Of a stretch of DNA of 58,112 nucleotides, positions 1 through 10,135 are shown one piece after another (the first letter of the stretch is position 1; each line of letters starts with the position of its first letter). Below the pieces are notes generated by a model. That model ran no database searches, was not told the origin of the DNA, and saw only the letters and a program-made list of their open reading frames with translations. A program made the position numbers and the translations under genes. The stretch is taken from positions 1 through 58,112 of the forward strand of contig JALEMY010000089.1 in NCBI GenBank assembly GCA_022767485.1, read 5' to 3'. This DNA is from Erysipelotrichaceae bacterium (GTDB taxonomy: Bacteria > Bacillota_I > Bacilli_A > RFN20 > CAG-631).

Positions 1-669
1 TATTTTCTTTTCTAATCGTGAGATATATGATTGAGAAATGTTAAGCTTATCTGCAACATCTTTTTGTGTCATTTCTATACCATTATTTAAGCCATATCTC
101 ATCATTATTATTTCTTTTTCTCTAGGTTTTAGTTCACTTATAGCTTTATGCATTGTTTTTCTTTGCTCTTCATCGCATATATCATTAATGACGTCTTCAT
201 CTGCACTTGATAAAATATCAGCTAATAATAACTCATTACCATCATAATCTATATTTAGTGGTTCATCTATAGATATTTCAAGTTTTTGTTTACTAGTTTT
301 TCTAAGATGCATCAATATTTCATTTTCAATACATCTACTAGCATATGTTGCTAATTTAAAACTTTTATCAATATCGAATGTCGTAATAGCTTTAATTAAC
401 CCTAAACAACCAATAGATACTAAATCTTCAAGATAAGAACTATTCGTTTCATATTTTTTAGCTACATATACGACTAGCCTTAAATTATGTTCAATTAGTT
501 TGTTTTTAGCTTCATTACTGCCATTTTTATATTGTTTAAAGTAATATTCTTCCTCTTCTTTGCTTAATGGTGGTGGTAAAAATTCATTGCTATTAATGAA
601 TAACACATATTGATTTGCTTCACTTTTGAATTTGATTTTTTCTAATATTTTTTTTAATAACGCAAGCAT
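1..669 (-). CDS. sigE: Sporulation sigma factor SigE (pro-sigma-E); the C-terminal end runs off the window
   Basis: Absent from the ORF track because no stop lies in the window. My translation of the minus strand from ATG 669-667 gives [88 protein letters not shown]. The pro-sequence plus the LPPPLS motif, and the position directly after spoIIGA, match SigE. Confidence 0.9.
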   Translation of the reverse strand, partial: MLALLKKILEKIKFKSEANQYVLFINSNEFLPPPLSKEEEEYYFKQYKNGSNEAKNKLIEHNLRLVVYVAKKYETNSSYLEDLVSIGCLGLIKAITTFDIDKSFKLATYASRCIENEILMHLRKTSKQKLEISIDEPLNIDYDGNELLLADILSSADEDVINDICDEEQRKTMHKAISELKPREKEIIMMRYGLNNGIEMTQKDVADKLNISQSYISRLEKKI

Positions 670-680
670 AATAATCCCCT

Positions 681-1412
681 TTAAATAATATATTTATTTA
701 ATAAAAATTGACAATCATTGAAATTTACATTGTTGTTTATAAAAACAACATATACATCTTTTTCATATTTATTAATCAAAATTTTGCCATTATAAGCTAA
801 ATAAGTGAATAGACAATCATTTATGCCTTTTATTCTAATCACTTCACCTTGATTTGAAAAAGGGTGTCCTTTAATAAAAATTACAGGTTTACTATTATAG
901 GTTAAACAATTTCCAGTATCATAATATCCCATTCCCTTAAATTGTTTATTTTCAACAAATATTTTACATTTTAATTTAAACTTTTTATATTTAAAATATT
1001 TATATATTATATTTGATAACAAATAAATTATCGTAATATAAAGTGGCTCTATTAGTATAAATAAAGAGATAAATGGAATAGATATCAATAATATTCCTTT
1101 ATATAAAAAACACCCACCTATAAGTAATAAAAAGCCATAATTTATATAAAAAATAATTAAAAAAGTTAAAATTATCTTTAAGTATTTTAAATCAAAAATA
1201 GCTAAAAATAGTCCATATAATACATTGATAAATATAAAAAAATATGGAATAAACAATACATTTATTATCGCACTTACTATACCTATAAAAATGCTTGTTG
1301 TAATAAAACATATTTGATATTTAATTTTATCAAATATTATTAACGAATAGATAAATGATAAACTTAAATTAAATATGAAAACAATTAATGATAAATCTAA
1401 ATAAGCTTGCAT
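681..1412 (-). CDS. spoIIGA: Sigma-E processing aspartic protease SpoIIGA
   Basis: Multi-TM N-terminal half followed by GYYDTGNCL (the DTGN motif of SpoIIGA). The order ftsZ-spoIIGA-sigE matches B. subtilis. Confidence 0.8.
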   Translation of the reverse strand: MQAYLDLSLIVFIFNLSLSFIYSLIIFDKIKYQICFITTSIFIGIVSAIINVLFIPYFFIFINVLYGLFLAIFDLKYLKIILTFLIIFYINYGFLLLIGGCFLYKGILLISIPFISLFILIEPLYITIIYLLSNIIYKYFKYKKFKLKCKIFVENKQFKGMGYYDTGNCLTYNSKPVIFIKGHPFSNQGEVIRIKGINDCLFTYLAYNGKILINKYEKDVYVVFINNNVNFNDCQFLLNKYII

Positions 1413-1446
1413 ATTATCACCGCTTATATATTAATCAATCTTTGAT

Positions 1447-1485
1447 AAAAAAAATGTCGTTTTATGTAAAACATAAAATCGACAT
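1447..1485 (-). terminator. Rho-independent terminator after ftsZ
   Basis: Minus strand reads ATGTCGATTTTATG-loop-CATAAAACGACAT followed by T8, directly downstream of the ftsZ stop. Confidence 0.7.
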
Positions 1486-1493
1486 AGAAATTT

Positions 1494-2582
1494 TTATTTA
1501 TTTTTTAAAAAGTCAGGAAGCAATGTTTCAGTATCTGAATCAAATAGATTATCATTATCTTTGACATTATCAACTTCGTTTATCGGCTTTCTTTCAAAGT
1601 TTGGATTGAAAGATGGAATTACATATTCATTTGCAGCATCAACAAAATCAGTTGCGATAACTGTTACTTGCATTTCATCTTCAAGCATTTCATTTATCGA
1701 AGCACCAAAAATAATATTTATATCACTTTCAGCCTGATTACGAATAAATTCAACTGCATCATTGAAATCATATAAAGTTGAATTTTGACCACCAGCAATC
1801 GATACAATAGCATTTCTTGCTCCTTTAATTGAATGTTCTAAAAGAGGAGAATTTAAAGCATTTAATGCACTTTCTTTAGCTCTATTAGCGCCTTTTCCTA
1901 CACCAAAGCCAATCATTGCCGGACCTTTTTTAGACATTACAGTTTTAACATCTGCGAAATCCAAGTTAATCAAAGCAGGCATGGCAATTAAATCTGTAAT
2001 AGCTTGGACTGATTTTCTTAATACATTATCAGCTTCTTTAAATGACTCTTTAAGTGGTAAATTACCAATCAATTGTAATATCTTATCATTGCTAATTGTA
2101 ATTAATGTATCAACATATTGTTTTAGATTTTCAAGACCTTTTGAGGCATTTAACATACGATTTTTGCCTTCAAATGTAAATGGTCTTGTGACAATACCTA
2201 CAACCAAACAATCCTCTTCTTTTGCAATACGTGCTACTACAGGAGCAGCCCCTGTTCCAGTTCCTCCACCCATTCCAGCAGCGATAAAAACCATATCAGC
2301 GCCTTTAACTATTTCTCGTATTTCATTTTCTGAAGCAATAGCTGCTTTTTCACCAATTTCAGGATTAGCTCCAGCACCTAAGCCTTTTGTTAATCCTTTT
2401 CCTAAAACTAATTTATTTTCTACTTTAGAACATCCAAGAATTTGCGCATCAGTGTTTAAAACATAAAATTCACAGCCAATAATTTGTTGTTCAAACATAC
2501 AATTAACAGCATTATTCCCAGCGCCACCAACTCCAATAATTTTAATCTTACATGCACTATCAAAACCATCAAAATTATCCAT
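1494..2582 (-). CDS. ftsZ: Cell division GTPase FtsZ
   Basis: GGGTGTGAAPVVA tubulin signature and NTDAQ motif; 362 aa with an acidic, conserved C-terminal peptide. Confidence 0.98.
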   Translation of the reverse strand: MDNFDGFDSACKIKIIGVGGAGNNAVNCMFEQQIIGCEFYVLNTDAQILGCSKVENKLVLGKGLTKGLGAGANPEIGEKAAIASENEIREIVKGADMVFIAAGMGGGTGTGAAPVVARIAKEEDCLVVGIVTRPFTFEGKNRMLNASKGLENLKQYVDTLITISNDKILQLIGNLPLKESFKEADNVLRKSVQAITDLIAMPALINLDFADVKTVMSKKGPAMIGFGVGKGANRAKESALNALNSPLLEHSIKGARNAIVSIAGGQNSTLYDFNDAVEFIRNQAESDINIIFGASINEMLEDEMQVTVIATDFVDAANEYVIPSFNPNFERKPINEVDNVKDNDNLFDSDTETLLPDFLKNK

Positions 2583-2593
2583 ATGTAATCCTC

Positions 2594-3841
2594 CTAATCA
2601 TCAAAAAAATCATTAAATTTTCGCGAGATACTTCTTGTATTATCAATTTCTTTTTTATTTATAGTGTTTATATTTGATGATGATAAATCTAAATCATCGT
2701 CACTTTCAAGACTTTTTAATATCTCTTCTTTATTTCTTTGAATATATAGCGTAATTGCTCCAAAACAATTTAATAACATTTGTGAATCAATACCAATTTT
2801 ATCTAATGTTTTTTCAATTAAATTACGATTGCAAAATTTAGAAAATTCATCGACAAAATAATCATAATCATTTAACCAACCTAATAATAAATAAACGCAA
2901 TCAGAAGATAATTGACAATCATTTTCAAGTTTCTCACATGATTTTAAAATTAAAGAAATTCCATTTGAAAGTTCATTTAATAAGATACCACTTATTCTTT
3001 TTTCAGAAAGATGATTATTTGTATCAAAGATGATATCTGAAGCATAATCAACGTCGCATACAAAATATTTTTCAAATAACATTAAAGCTTCATCATCGTC
3101 AATTTCAAGTGATTTTTTTAATGCATCAATCAAATTAGCAACGCCAAAATCAACTTTTAATGAACGTATTAAATAGCTTTTTTTATAGCAACATATCGTT
3201 GTGACATCTTGAAGAATTTGAATACAAATAGTATCGTTTTCTAGTTCAAAATCATTTATTAAAGCATTGACACCACAGCTACAATTTATAAACTTACCAA
3301 TAACTTTTAAATCATTTTTTTCAAGTGAGGAAACGATACTTTCAACAATTGTTTTAGGTAAAGTATGGATATTACTTTTAATATTTAATACGCTAGAACT
3401 ATAATTTATTGGCTCACTTCTTAAGATACGATCTTGATCTAAAACATATTGCGTTGGTAATTCATCAACTAATAATTCATCATTTCGAAGTTCAACCATG
3501 CGAATTTTTTGGCGAATTGCATCGATTTGTTTTTTACCAATAATTTGCATTTCTGTTAAAATATTGCTTCCAAAAGTTGCACTATATATTTTATGATTAT
3601 TATTTGGTAAAACTAAAATCACTTCGTCAAGCTTAATAAAATATTTTTCGTATATGTCATTTTTAATATTTTCAATCGCTTTTAAAAAAGCATCCTCATC
3701 AGTAATGACGCCATCTTTATATCCAAAAGATTTAATGATGCTTGAAGCAACAACATCAAATTGGTTATTATGATATGAAATAACAAGAGCGATATTATAG
3801 ATATAACCTAATTCAATTGCAGCAAAATAATTCTTTTCCAT
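2594..3841 (-). CDS. ftsA: Divergent FtsA-like cell division protein
   Basis: Position between murB and ftsZ, about 415 aa actin-fold length, and a C-terminal amphipathic tail SRKFNDFFDD. I chose the start at ATG 3841 (MEKNYFAAIELG) because of the AGAGG SD 8 nt upstream; the ORF-track start at 3889 has none. Confidence 0.7.
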   Translation of the reverse strand: MEKNYFAAIELGYIYNIALVISYHNNQFDVVASSIIKSFGYKDGVITDEDAFLKAIENIKNDIYEKYFIKLDEVILVLPNNNHKIYSATFGSNILTEMQIIGKKQIDAIRQKIRMVELRNDELLVDELPTQYVLDQDRILRSEPINYSSSVLNIKSNIHTLPKTIVESIVSSLEKNDLKVIGKFINCSCGVNALINDFELENDTICIQILQDVTTICCYKKSYLIRSLKVDFGVANLIDALKKSLEIDDDEALMLFEKYFVCDVDYASDIIFDTNNHLSEKRISGILLNELSNGISLILKSCEKLENDCQLSSDCVYLLLGWLNDYDYFVDEFSKFCNRNLIEKTLDKIGIDSQMLLNCFGAITLYIQRNKEEILKSLESDDDLDLSSSNINTINKKEIDNTRSISRKFNDFFDD

Positions 3842-3911
3842 ATAAAAAACCTCTTTTTTATTATAACAATATAAAAAAGACATTTCCATATGATTTTTTG
3901 TTTTTTTAAAT

Positions 3912-4772
3912 TTATTTAAAAAGATTCAATTCTAGTTCCAATGATATATGATAATTTTTATAGATAGTTTTTTTAATATCGTTTATCAAATTTATTATGT
4001 CTTTTCCTTTTGCATAACCATCATTAATTAAAAAATTTAAATGTTTATTTGACATGTGGGCACCATTATAAGTAATATTATTAGCATTGATTTTTTTTAA
4101 TAATTCATATGCTTTATAATCATTAGTATTTTTAAACAAGGAACCACAAGTATACTTATTGATTTCTTGAACTTTATAGCGATATATTAGAGCATTCTTG
4201 ATATTATTTAATATTGTGTTTTTATCAGATTTTTTATATTTTAATAAAGCATATAAAATATAATAATTATTTCTTTTAAAAAGCGAATTTCTATAAGAAA
4301 ATTCACACATTTTATTATCTAAATATTTTAAATTTAAATGCTCATCTAAAATATATATTCCTTCTATAAACTTAGAAATTGATACATTATTATCACCAGC
4401 ATTCATATAGCAACATCCACCTATATTTCCAGGAATTGCATATAAAGTTTCAAAACCACCATAATCTAATTTACTCAATGATATTATCACTTTTTGAATA
4501 CTAGTTGCAGAGGATACTAATACTTTATCATTTAAATAGATAATTTCTTCAAAGCATAAATTATTATAGATTATGGGCTTATAAATGACCTCTTTACAAA
4601 ATAATATTTTACTTGCATTACCAAGTATATAATAATCGATATTAAAATATTTAAAAAGGTAGAGTAAAACGTATATATCATTAACATTATTAACAACAAA
4701 AAAATGTTTTATTAAAGTATCTACATGCAAGCTATTTAATTCTTTAAAAGAAACATTTCTTAAATAAATCAT
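3912..4772 (-). CDS. murB: UDP-N-acetylenolpyruvoylglucosamine reductase MurB
   Basis: Size, the motifs YAIPGNIGGCCYMNAG and CGSLFKN, and the dcw-cluster position. Confidence 0.85.
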   Translation of the reverse strand: MIYLRNVSFKELNSLHVDTLIKHFFVVNNVNDIYVLLYLFKYFNIDYYILGNASKILFCKEVIYKPIIYNNLCFEEIIYLNDKVLVSSATSIQKVIISLSKLDYGGFETLYAIPGNIGGCCYMNAGDNNVSISKFIEGIYILDEHLNLKYLDNKMCEFSYRNSLFKRNNYYILYALLKYKKSDKNTILNNIKNALIYRYKVQEINKYTCGSLFKNTNDYKAYELLKKINANNITYNGAHMSNKHLNFLINDGYAKGKDIINLINDIKKTIYKNYHISLELELNLFK

Positions 4773-5746
4773 TTAAAAAGTTCATCCTTTATAATATTAA
4801 AATTATTTTTAATTTCTATCTTTTCAATATTATTAACCATACTATAATATTTTTCTTTATTATGAGTTAAATTTCTGATTTTGCTTGCCAATAATGAATA
4901 AGTTAATTCTTTTTCTAAAATCATTTCACAACAGTTCTTCTTATAATAATAATTAACATTTTTAAATTGATGATTATTAGCAACATATGGACTTGGAATA
5001 AATATAGCAACTTTTTTTAATGCAATGATTTCACTAATAGTTGAAGCTCCACCTCTTGAAATTATTATATCTGCTTGTTTTATTAGTTCTGTTAATGGAT
5101 TATAATATGAAAAAACTTTAACATTATTTTTATTTATCGTAGTCTTAACATTTTTACCTGTTACATATATGATATTATAGTTTTTATCATTGAGAATAAA
5201 ATCTTCAATAACTTTAGAAACACTACTTGAACCTTGTGAACCCATAGTAAAAAGCAAAGTGATTTTTTTATTATCAAATATTTTTCTTTCCGCGATTTTG
5301 TTTATATTATATGTATTAGGATTAAATACATAGATTTCTTTTTTCAAATTCAATTTATATGTTGTAAATATTTTTTTACAAAATAAATAATTTATTTTAT
5401 TGGCTTTACCAATTATAGCATTTTGCTCGAAAATAAAATGATCAACAGCATATTTTTTTGATATTAATGCGATAAATATAGAGTTTTTTCCGCCAAAAGT
5501 TATTGATTTATCAATTTTATATTTCATATAAATTTGATTTATTTTTTTAAGTTTTTTTATAGATGAATCATTATCATCAACAAATATATATGGAATATGG
5601 TTTAAATCATAAATATCTTTATCGATTTTTTTAAAAATGATGATGATTATTTGATTATCCTTTATTAATTCATTATAAAGTGCGATACAAGGATAAATGT
5701 GTCCACCACTTCCACTACCTGACATTATTATATTCATTAATTTCAT
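4769..5746 (-). CDS. murG: UDP-GlcNAc:lipid I GlcNAc transferase MurG
   Basis: N-terminal GGSGGHIYPCIAL and C-terminal ISRGGASTISE motifs; dcw position. Confidence 0.9.
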   Translation of the reverse strand: MKLMNIIMSGSGSGGHIYPCIALYNELIKDNQIIIIIFKKIDKDIYDLNHIPYIFVDDNDSSIKKLKKINQIYMKYKIDKSITFGGKNSIFIALISKKYAVDHFIFEQNAIIGKANKINYLFCKKIFTTYKLNLKKEIYVFNPNTYNINKIAERKIFDNKKITLLFTMGSQGSSSVSKVIEDFILNDKNYNIIYVTGKNVKTTINKNNVKVFSYYNPLTELIKQADIIISRGGASTISEIIALKKVAIFIPSPYVANNHQFKNVNYYYKKNCCEMILEKELTYSLLASKIRNLTHNKEKYYSMVNNIEKIEIKNNFNIIKDELFK

Positions 5747-6839
5747 CGCTCCTATTAATTAAAAGTCCAATCGATGATAAAAGCATAGTAATACTACTTC
5801 CACCATAACTCATAAAAGGCAAAGTAATTCCAGTTACGGGAATTACCCCTACTACTACACACAAATTTATGCATACTTGAATCATTATCAAAGACAAAAC
5901 ACCAATATCTAAAAAACATTTATAATTACTCTTTTCATTTATTGCTTTTTTAATGATAAAAAAAGCTAATAAAGTATATAATATAATCAATATTAAACAA
6001 CCAATAAAACCAAAATCTTCAGCAAAAATAGCGAAAATGAAATCCGTTTGTGGTTCAGGCAAATAAAAATATTTTTGATAAGACGCATCTATTCCTTTTC
6101 CTATTAGTCCACCTGGAGCAATAGCATATAATGATTGAATGGTTTGAAATCCACTGCCTAAAGGATCGCTAAAAGGGTTGATAAACGATTGTATTCTATC
6201 ACTTCTATATGGACTAATGATAATTAAAACAATAAAAGCGATTATCGCAAAACTTAACAAAAACAAGTAATTTTTAAATTTGTTTTTACTGATAAAACAC
6301 ATCATAATAATCGAAGAAAACATTACTATAGCAGTTCCAAAATCTGGTTGTAGCATAATTAAAATAAATCCGATAATACATGGAATTAATAATACTAAAA
6401 TAGTTTTAAAAAAGTATTTTGTTATATTAAAATATTTATCCAATCTATCAGCCATATATAATACCATTATAATTTTGAAAAATTCTGCTGGTTGAAATAA
6501 AAAGGGGCCAATTTTAAACCAACTTCTCGATCCATTAATTTGACTTCCAAGAAAAGGAATAATAACTAATATTAAAGATATTATGCCAATTAGTAATATC
6601 ATAAGCGCTTTTTTTCTTAAAAATGATAATTTAACTTTGGAAAAGAAATAAAGTAAAACAGTTCCAATTAATATAAAAATAGCTTGTCTTTTAAAATAAT
6701 AAAATTCATCATTATAATAAAACTTAGCCCATATGGAACTTGAAGAATATACCATATATAATCCAATAAATGTTATGACATAAATTAATGTTAAAATTAT
6801 CAAATTATATTGTTTATTATTTATTATTTTCTTTAACAT
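5715..6839 (-). CDS. ftsW: SEDS-family peptidoglycan polymerase FtsW/SpoVE
   Basis: 10-TM SEDS protein with QPAEFFKI, PEPQTDFIFA and PFMSYGGSS motifs. It occupies the spoVE slot between murD and murG. Confidence 0.9.
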   Translation of the reverse strand: MLKKIINNKQYNLIILTLIYVITFIGLYMVYSSSSIWAKFYYNDEFYYFKRQAIFILIGTVLLYFFSKVKLSFLRKKALMILLIGIISLILVIIPFLGSQINGSRSWFKIGPFLFQPAEFFKIIMVLYMADRLDKYFNITKYFFKTILVLLIPCIIGFILIMLQPDFGTAIVMFSSIIMMCFISKNKFKNYLFLLSFAIIAFIVLIIISPYRSDRIQSFINPFSDPLGSGFQTIQSLYAIAPGGLIGKGIDASYQKYFYLPEPQTDFIFAIFAEDFGFIGCLILIILYTLLAFFIIKKAINEKSNYKCFLDIGVLSLIMIQVCINLCVVVGVIPVTGITLPFMSYGGSSITMLLSSIGLLINRSDEINEYNNVR

Positions 6840-8028
6840 ATTTTTTCACCAATTTATTAAAATGTTGACCTCTTTGCTCAAATGATTTGTATTGGTCAAA
6901 ACTTGATGTAGCAGGAGAGAATAATATCGTTTTATTAGCAAGTGTTATATTATAAGCAATTAAAAATGCTTCTTTTAAATTATTTGCAAGTAATACATTT
7001 TTAATTTCCTTACATGCCCTATCGTTTAACTTACCATAACAAATTATATATTTAATTTTTATTTCATTTAATCTTGCTAAAGATAAGTTTTTATCTTTAC
7101 CACCAATAATCAATATTGTGTTTTTTAAGTTATCAATATGTGAAAGAGCAAATAAAGTAGCATCGACAGATGTTGATTTTGAATCGTTTATAATTTTAAT
7201 ATTTTTGTTATTATATATTAACTGTTCACGATACTTTAAAGGTTTAAAATTGTTTAGATACAAAATATTATTTTCATTAATATTTAATAATTTTACTATC
7301 GTATAAATATAATTGAAATTGCAATGATACTTTTTTAAATTATCATTTATTTTATCAATATTAGGATATGTTAATAAATCGATTATTGTTGCATTTGTAT
7401 CAATAGACAAATTCATATTACTATCATATATAAAATAGCATTCTTTATTTTGATATTTGTAAATATTCTTTTTATTTTCAAAATATGACTTTAAAGAATA
7501 TGAACTATCTAAATGATTATTTTGTAGATTTAATATTAATGAAATATAGGGTTTAAACATTTTTAAATCATGAAGTTGAAAAGATGATTGTTCGACAATT
7601 AAATAATCTAACTTATCAAATTTTTTATAATAATGTGTAATTGGTAAAAAGGAATTACCACAACAAATAGCTTTTATTTTTGATTTTTTTAATAGATAGG
7701 TTAACATTGATACAAATGTTGTCTTGCCATTGCTTCCAGTTATTACAATACATTTAACTTTTTCATTAAAAATATTTAACAAATCAAGTTCACTTATAAA
7801 AGTAAAATTAAGAGCTAATTTTAAATATAATTTATTTGTTTCTTTAATACCTGGACTTTTAATTGCAAAATCTATATCTTTAAGATTTAATAACTCCTCA
7901 TCAATTAACGAATATTTCTTTTTATATTCAAAGTCAAAAACAGCCTGTATATACTGGCATTTTTTCGATTTTAAATATTTTTTAATGCTTTCAATGCTCT
8001 TTCCTTTTCCTAGTAATAAAAACTTCAT
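6817..8028 (-). CDS. murD: UDP-N-acetylmuramoylalanine--D-glutamate ligase MurD
   Basis: ITGSNGKTT P-loop; Mur ligase layout; located between mraY and ftsW. Confidence 0.85.
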   Translation of the reverse strand: MKFLLLGKGKSIESIKKYLKSKKCQYIQAVFDFEYKKKYSLIDEELLNLKDIDFAIKSPGIKETNKLYLKLALNFTFISELDLLNIFNEKVKCIVITGSNGKTTFVSMLTYLLKKSKIKAICCGNSFLPITHYYKKFDKLDYLIVEQSSFQLHDLKMFKPYISLILNLQNNHLDSSYSLKSYFENKKNIYKYQNKECYFIYDSNMNLSIDTNATIIDLLTYPNIDKINDNLKKYHCNFNYIYTIVKLLNINENNILYLNNFKPLKYREQLIYNNKNIKIINDSKSTSVDATLFALSHIDNLKNTILIIGGKDKNLSLARLNEIKIKYIICYGKLNDRACKEIKNVLLANNLKEAFLIAYNITLANKTILFSPATSSFDQYKSFEQRGQHFNKLVKKYVKENNK

Positions 8029-8981
8029 ATTAACACTCCTAATATTGATGCAATGATTGATAATACTATAGCAAATATTGTAAACAATAATACGACATTA
8101 CTTTCTTTCATTCCCTTTTTAATAAAATGATAATGAATAGGTGTCATTTTAAAAATTCTCTTTCCTTTGCTTATTTTAAAATATGAAACTTGAAGAATTA
8201 CTGATAAAGCTTCAATTATGTATATTCCACAAGAAATTAAAAGCAAAAGTTCTTTGTTTAATAAAATTGCAATGCATGCAAGAATTGCCCCAAGTGATAA
8301 AGAACCTACATCACCCATTATCAATTTGCTTGGATTAAAATTAAAGCATAAATATGCAAGTAAAGACCCTAGTAATGATACGATAAATATTGAAATAATA
8401 TAATTACCTTGTGATAATGATATATATAAAAATGGTGTTATAGCTAGTATATATGTAATTGTTACAAGTCCATCTAATCCAGCTGTTAAATTTATAGAAT
8501 TACAAGTACCAACTACACATAAAATTGCATAAATAAAAGCAAAACTTCCAATGTAAATATAAGTATTATTTATATTAATAAACTTTATAAATTCAATGGT
8601 TGTAAAATTACAAAATATCAAAGTACCTATAATTTCTAAAATGATTCTTAAAGTAGCACTTAATCCATTATGATCTTTTGCTTTTATTTTAATTAAATCG
8701 TCTATTAAACCAATTAAGGCAAAATATATTGAAATAAATAATAGAATTGCAATATTTTTATGTTTCAAATTAGGTAAATTAAAAAGCAAAAACACAATAA
8801 TTGTTGATAAAATAAAATCGATTCCACCACAACTTACAAATTTGTGATGCGGTTTTAATACAATAACTTCGCTTTGATCTTTAGGTTTTAAATTGAGTTT
8901 TTTTAAATGTATTTTGCAATTAAATAAAGATAAAAGAAAACTAGATATTAAACATAAAACCATTTTAATATAATCATTCAT
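8025..8981 (-). CDS. mraY: Phospho-MurNAc-pentapeptide translocase MraY
   Basis: Polytopic membrane protein with NLTAGLDGL, MGDVGSL and MTPIHYHF motifs. Confidence 0.93.
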   Translation of the reverse strand: MNDYIKMVLCLISSFLLSLFNCKIHLKKLNLKPKDQSEVIVLKPHHKFVSCGGIDFILSTIIVFLLFNLPNLKHKNIAILLFISIYFALIGLIDDLIKIKAKDHNGLSATLRIILEIIGTLIFCNFTTIEFIKFININNTYIYIGSFAFIYAILCVVGTCNSINLTAGLDGLVTITYILAITPFLYISLSQGNYIISIFIVSLLGSLLAYLCFNFNPSKLIMGDVGSLSLGAILACIAILLNKELLLLISCGIYIIEALSVILQVSYFKISKGKRIFKMTPIHYHFIKKGMKESNVVLLFTIFAIVLSIIASILGVLI

Positions 8982-9031
8982 CTAACCATCTCTTTTTATT
9001 TTATGTACATATTTTTATAATAATGATAAAT

Positions 9032-10135
9032 TTAATACTTATTATTATAAATATACTCTAAAACGAAGTTTTTATCATTAAAAGGAATCATTGTCTTATT
9101 TTCTTCAATATAATTCTCATCTGCTTTTCCTAATATATAAATATCCAAATCTTTAAAGTTATCAATCGCATATTTTATTGCTTCACCTCGATTTAAAATA
9201 ACTATAAATCTAGGATCGTTTAAAGTAATATCTTGTATTATTTTATTTATATCTTCATTCCTTGAATTATCTTTGGTAACAATGACATATTTACAGTATT
9301 TTAAGGCGATTTTACCCATTATAGGCCTTTTACTTACATCTCTATTGCCACCACAACCAAAAATAACTACTTTATTGTAATTACTATCATTTAAAATCGT
9401 ATCAAATGATTCCACGTGATGAGCATAGTCTATAATTATTTTTCTATTATTGTGCTTAATTATTTCTCCACGACCATTATTTAAATGAATCGTTTTTAAT
9501 GTTGATAAAATATCTTTTTTTCTAAATTTTAAACTTTTTAATATTATAAATGCTAGAAATAAATTTTGGTAATCATATTTTAAACACTCAAAAGACGTAA
9601 AATATTTTTCAATTACCTTATAGTAGTGAATTTTTTTACCCTTTATCATTTTTTTATAACTTATAGGAACAAATATTTTTTTAGCATAAATACTTGATAA
9701 TATAAAGGCTTTTTTTACTTGATGGTAATTTGCAACATTCAAATGAAAATCTAAATGTTCATGTCCTAAATTACTAAGACCTATATAATCAAATTTAAAA
9801 TTATTAATTCGTGCTTGATTTATGCCATGAGATGAAACTTCCATTACTATAATTTTAGGAAAAATATTATATTTTTTAAAGTAATATGTTAATTTATCTA
9901 TTTCTAATGTCGTATTTTTTGTTGTTATTTCTTCATCATTGTATAATATTTTATGGGTTCCTACATAACAAACATTCATATTTTTCTTTTTTAAAAAATG
10001 ATAAATATAAAGGGTTGTCGATGTTTTTCCACAACTTCCTGTTATTGCAATTGTCAAAATCTTATCATAATTCATGTATATATAATTGAAAGATAAAAAA
10101 TATCTTTTCAATGGATCATTATCTAAATTAATCAT
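9032..10135 (-). CDS. murE: MurE-like Mur ligase (UDP-MurNAc-tripeptide synthetase), unusually short
   Basis: ITGSCGKTSTT, NTTLE, MEVSSH, DYAHH, GCGGNRDVSKRP and KDNSRNED motifs; sits in the spoVD-murE-mraY slot. Only about 30 residues precede the P-loop. Confidence 0.75.
   Translation of the reverse strand: MINLDNDPLKRYFLSFNYIYMNYDKILTIAITGSCGKTSTTLYIYHFLKKKNMNVCYVGTHKILYNDEEITTKNTTLEIDKLTYYFKKYNIFPKIIVMEVSSHGINQARINNFKFDYIGLSNLGHEHLDFHLNVANYHQVKKAFILSSIYAKKIFVPISYKKMIKGKKIHYYKVIEKYFTSFECLKYDYQNLFLAFIILKSLKFRKKDILSTLKTIHLNNGRGEIIKHNNRKIIIDYAHHVESFDTILNDSNYNKVVIFGCGGNRDVSKRPIMGKIALKYCKYVIVTKDNSRNEDINKIIQDITLNDPRFIVILNRGEAIKYAIDNFKDLDIYILGKADENYIEENKTMIPFNDKNFVLEYIYNNKY

Noticed and set aside
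1454-1485. Spo0A-box-like heptamers (TGTCGAT on the minus strand, TGTCGTT on the plus strand) upstream of spoIIGA.
   Set aside because: They are simply the two complementary arms of the ftsZ terminator hairpin, and each is one mismatch from TGTCGAA. Chance occurrence cannot be excluded without comparative data or binding data.
1981-2466. Plus-strand ORFs lying inside minus-strand genes. Examples are 1981..2466 in ftsZ, 24760..25530 and 23659..23940 in the LRR gene, 18029..18352 in tlyA, 41046..41363, 42787..43026 and 30742..31232.
   Set aside because: They are antisense to strongly supported genes. They encode low-complexity Ser/Leu/Phe/Ile-rich peptides typical of AT-rich shadow frames, and they lack an SD.
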